From NCBI GenBank assembly GCA_964016885.1, contig OZ024754.1:25792001-25856000 (forward strand): a stretch of DNA of 64,000 nucleotides. The letters are read 5' to 3'. The notes below the pieces were generated by a model, which saw only the letters and a list, made by a program, of their open reading frames with translations, was not told the DNA's origin and made no database searches. Origin of the DNA: Eledone cirrhosa. Lineage: Eukaryota. The number at the start of each line of letters is the position of its first letter. Position 1 is the stretch's first letter. Below are positions 62,301 to 64,000 of this stretch, in pieces. A program made the position numbers and the translations under genes.

Positions 62301-64000
62301 GCTCTCGACCTCTACTTAAAGTTTCTTCACAGATAACCTTCTGCTGTCCACCTCTCCGGAGAGTTTCTTCTCAGACAACCTGTGGCTGTCCACCTCTCCT
62401 GAGAGTTTCTTCTCAGACAACCTTCTGCTGTCCAGCTCTCCTGAGAGTTTCTTCTCAGAGAACCTGCTGTTGTCCATCTCTCCTGAGAGTTTCTTCTCAG
62501 ACAACCTGCTGCTGTCCACCTCTCCTGAGAGTTTCTTCTCAGACAACCTTCTGCTGTCCACCTCTCCTGAGAGGTTCTTCTCAGATAACCTGCTGCTGTC
62601 CAGCTCTCCCTGAGAATTTCTTCTCAGACAACCCTCTGCTGTCCAGCTCTCCTGAAAGTTTCTTAACAGATAACGTTCTGCTGTCCACCTCTCCTGAGAC
62701 TTTCTTCTCAGACAACCTGTGGCTGTCCACCTCTCCTGAGAGTTTCTTCTAAGACAACCTGCTGCTGTCCACCTCTCCTGAGAGTTTCTTCTCAGACAAG
62801 CTGCTGTTGTCCACCTCTCCTGGGAGTTTCTTCTCAGACAACATTCTGCTGTCCACCTCTCCTGAGAGTTTCTTCTCAGACAACCTGTTGCTGTCCAACT
62901 CTCCCTGAGAGTTTCTTCTCAGACGACCATCTGCTGTCCACCTCTCCTGAGAGTTTCTTCTCAGACAACCTTCTGCTGTCCACTTCTCCTGAGAGATTCT
63001 TCTCAGATGACCTTCTGCTGTCCAGCTCTCCTGAGAGTTTCTTCTCAGACAGCCTGCTGCTGTCCACCTCTCCTTAGTTTCTTCTCAGACAACCTTCTGC
63101 TGTCCAGCTCTCCCTGAGAGTTTCTTCTCAGACGACCTTCTGCTGTCCAGCTCTCCCTGAGAGTTTCTTCTCAGATGACCTGCTGCTGTCTAGCTCTCCC
63201 TGAGAGTTTCTTCTCAGACGACCTCCTGCTGTCCAGCTCTCCTGAGAGTTTCTTCTAAGACGACCTCCTGCTGTCCAGCTCTCCCTGAGAGTTTCTACTC
63301 AGACAACCTTCTGCCGTCCAGCTCTCCATGAGAATTTCTTCTCAGACGACCTTCTGCTGTCCAGCTCTCCCTGAGAGTTTCTTCTCAGACAAACTTCTGC
63401 TGTCCAGCTCTCCTGAGAGTTTCTTCTCAGACGACCTTCTGCCGTCCACCTCTCCCTGAGAGTTTCTTCTCAGACAACCTGTGGCTGTCGCACTCTTCTC
63501 AGAGTTTCTTCTCTGAGGACCTTCTGCTGTCCAGCTCTCCCTGAGAGTTTCTTCTCAGACGACCTTCTGCTCTCCAGCTCTCCCTGAGAGTTTCTTCTCA
63601 GACGACCTGCTGCTGTCCAGCTCTCCCTGAGAGTTTCTTCTCAGACAACCTTCTGCTGTCCAACTCTCCTGAGAGTTTCTTCTCAGACAACCTTCTGCTG
63701 TCCAGCTCTCCTGAAAGTTTCTTCTCAGACAATCTTCTACTGTCCACCTCTCCTGAAAGTTTCTTCTCAGACAACCTTCTGCTGTCCACCTCTCCTGAGA
63801 GTTTCTTCTCAGACAACCTGTGGCTGTCCACCTCTCCTGAGAGTTTCTTCTCAGACAACCTGCTGCTGTCCAACTCTCCTGAGAGTTTCTTCTCAGACAA
63901 CCCTCTGCTGTCCACCTCTCCTGAGAGTTTCTTCTAAGACAACCTGTTGCTGTCCAGCTCTCCCCGAGTGTTTCTTCTCAGACGACCTTCTGCTGTCCAC
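59400..64000. repeat. Two diverged copies of a ~2.8-kb HOR related to the 3222-bp unit
   Basis: ORF offsets are 2837 (59479->62316) and 2795 (60081->62876, 60803->63598), differing by one monomer. Shared variants include 'acaggcttc', 'ctccttagtttc' and 'gtcgcactcttctcag'. The markers 'gacctctacttaaag' and 'ttcttaacagataacg' are shared with the 3222-bp HOR. Confidence 0.85.

Larger units (their letters stand above)
1..64000. repeat. 42/43-bp tandem satellite DNA array (~1500 monomers, head-to-tail, one orientation), running off both window ends
   Basis: The unit gagagtttcttctcagac(a/g)acct(g/t)ctgctgtcca(c/g)ctctcc(c)t recurs continuously from base 1 to 64000. I found no non-repeat insertion or inversion. 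Six-frame translations all show the same 14-aa period. Confidence 0.99.

Noticed and set aside
78-63915. All ORFs in the supplied track as protein-coding genes
   Set aside because: They are 14-aa periodic translations overlapping on both strands, mostly from GTG/TTG starts. They have no unique N- or C-terminal domain and end at 43-mer frameshifts or variant stops.
1-64000. CRISPR array (palindromic repeat at regular spacing)
   Set aside because: Sequence between the palindromes is the same repeated ~24 bp rather than unique spacers, and there is no leader or cas gene.
1-64000. CC/CCC 43-mers as homopolymer sequencing errors hiding one giant repeat-protein gene
   Set aside because: The extra C recurs at the same monomers in every HOR copy and is linked to other variants. 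In-frame stop variants (e.g. 'ttctaagac', 'ttcagctg') also occur.
1-64000. 21-bp internal sub-repeat, C2H2 zinc-finger (84-bp) array, CENP-B box or telomeric repeats
   Set aside because: The two monomer halves do not align convincingly. No CxxC/HxxxH pattern appears in any frame, and I saw no CENP-B box or TTAGGG-type motif.

Overview
The whole 64-kb window is one uninterrupted, single-orientation tandem satellite array. The monomer is 42 bp (consensus GAGAGTTTCTTCTCAGACAACCTGCTGCTGTCCACCTCTCCT, 52% GC, 67% pyrimidine on +), with a common 43-bp variant carrying one extra C. I see no genes, RNA genes, transposons, CRISPR spacers or unique sequence. All listed ORFs are artefacts of a 42-bp (14-codon) unit that is stop-free in four of six frames. 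The real structure is the arrangement of monomer variants. There are layered higher-order repeats (HORs) with periods of 2020, ~4421-4587, 3709, 3006, 1907, ~3.3-3.8 kb mosaic, 3222 (x3) and ~2795-2837 bp. There is also a left-to-right shift in monomer subfamily composition. Nearly every monomer carries a CTGAGA-N6-TCTCAG dyad. Two recurrent multi-substitution variants lose this dyad but gain a different perfect inverted repeat. The array looks like eukaryotic (peri)centromeric or heterochromatic satellite DNA; the organism cannot be identified from the sequence alone.
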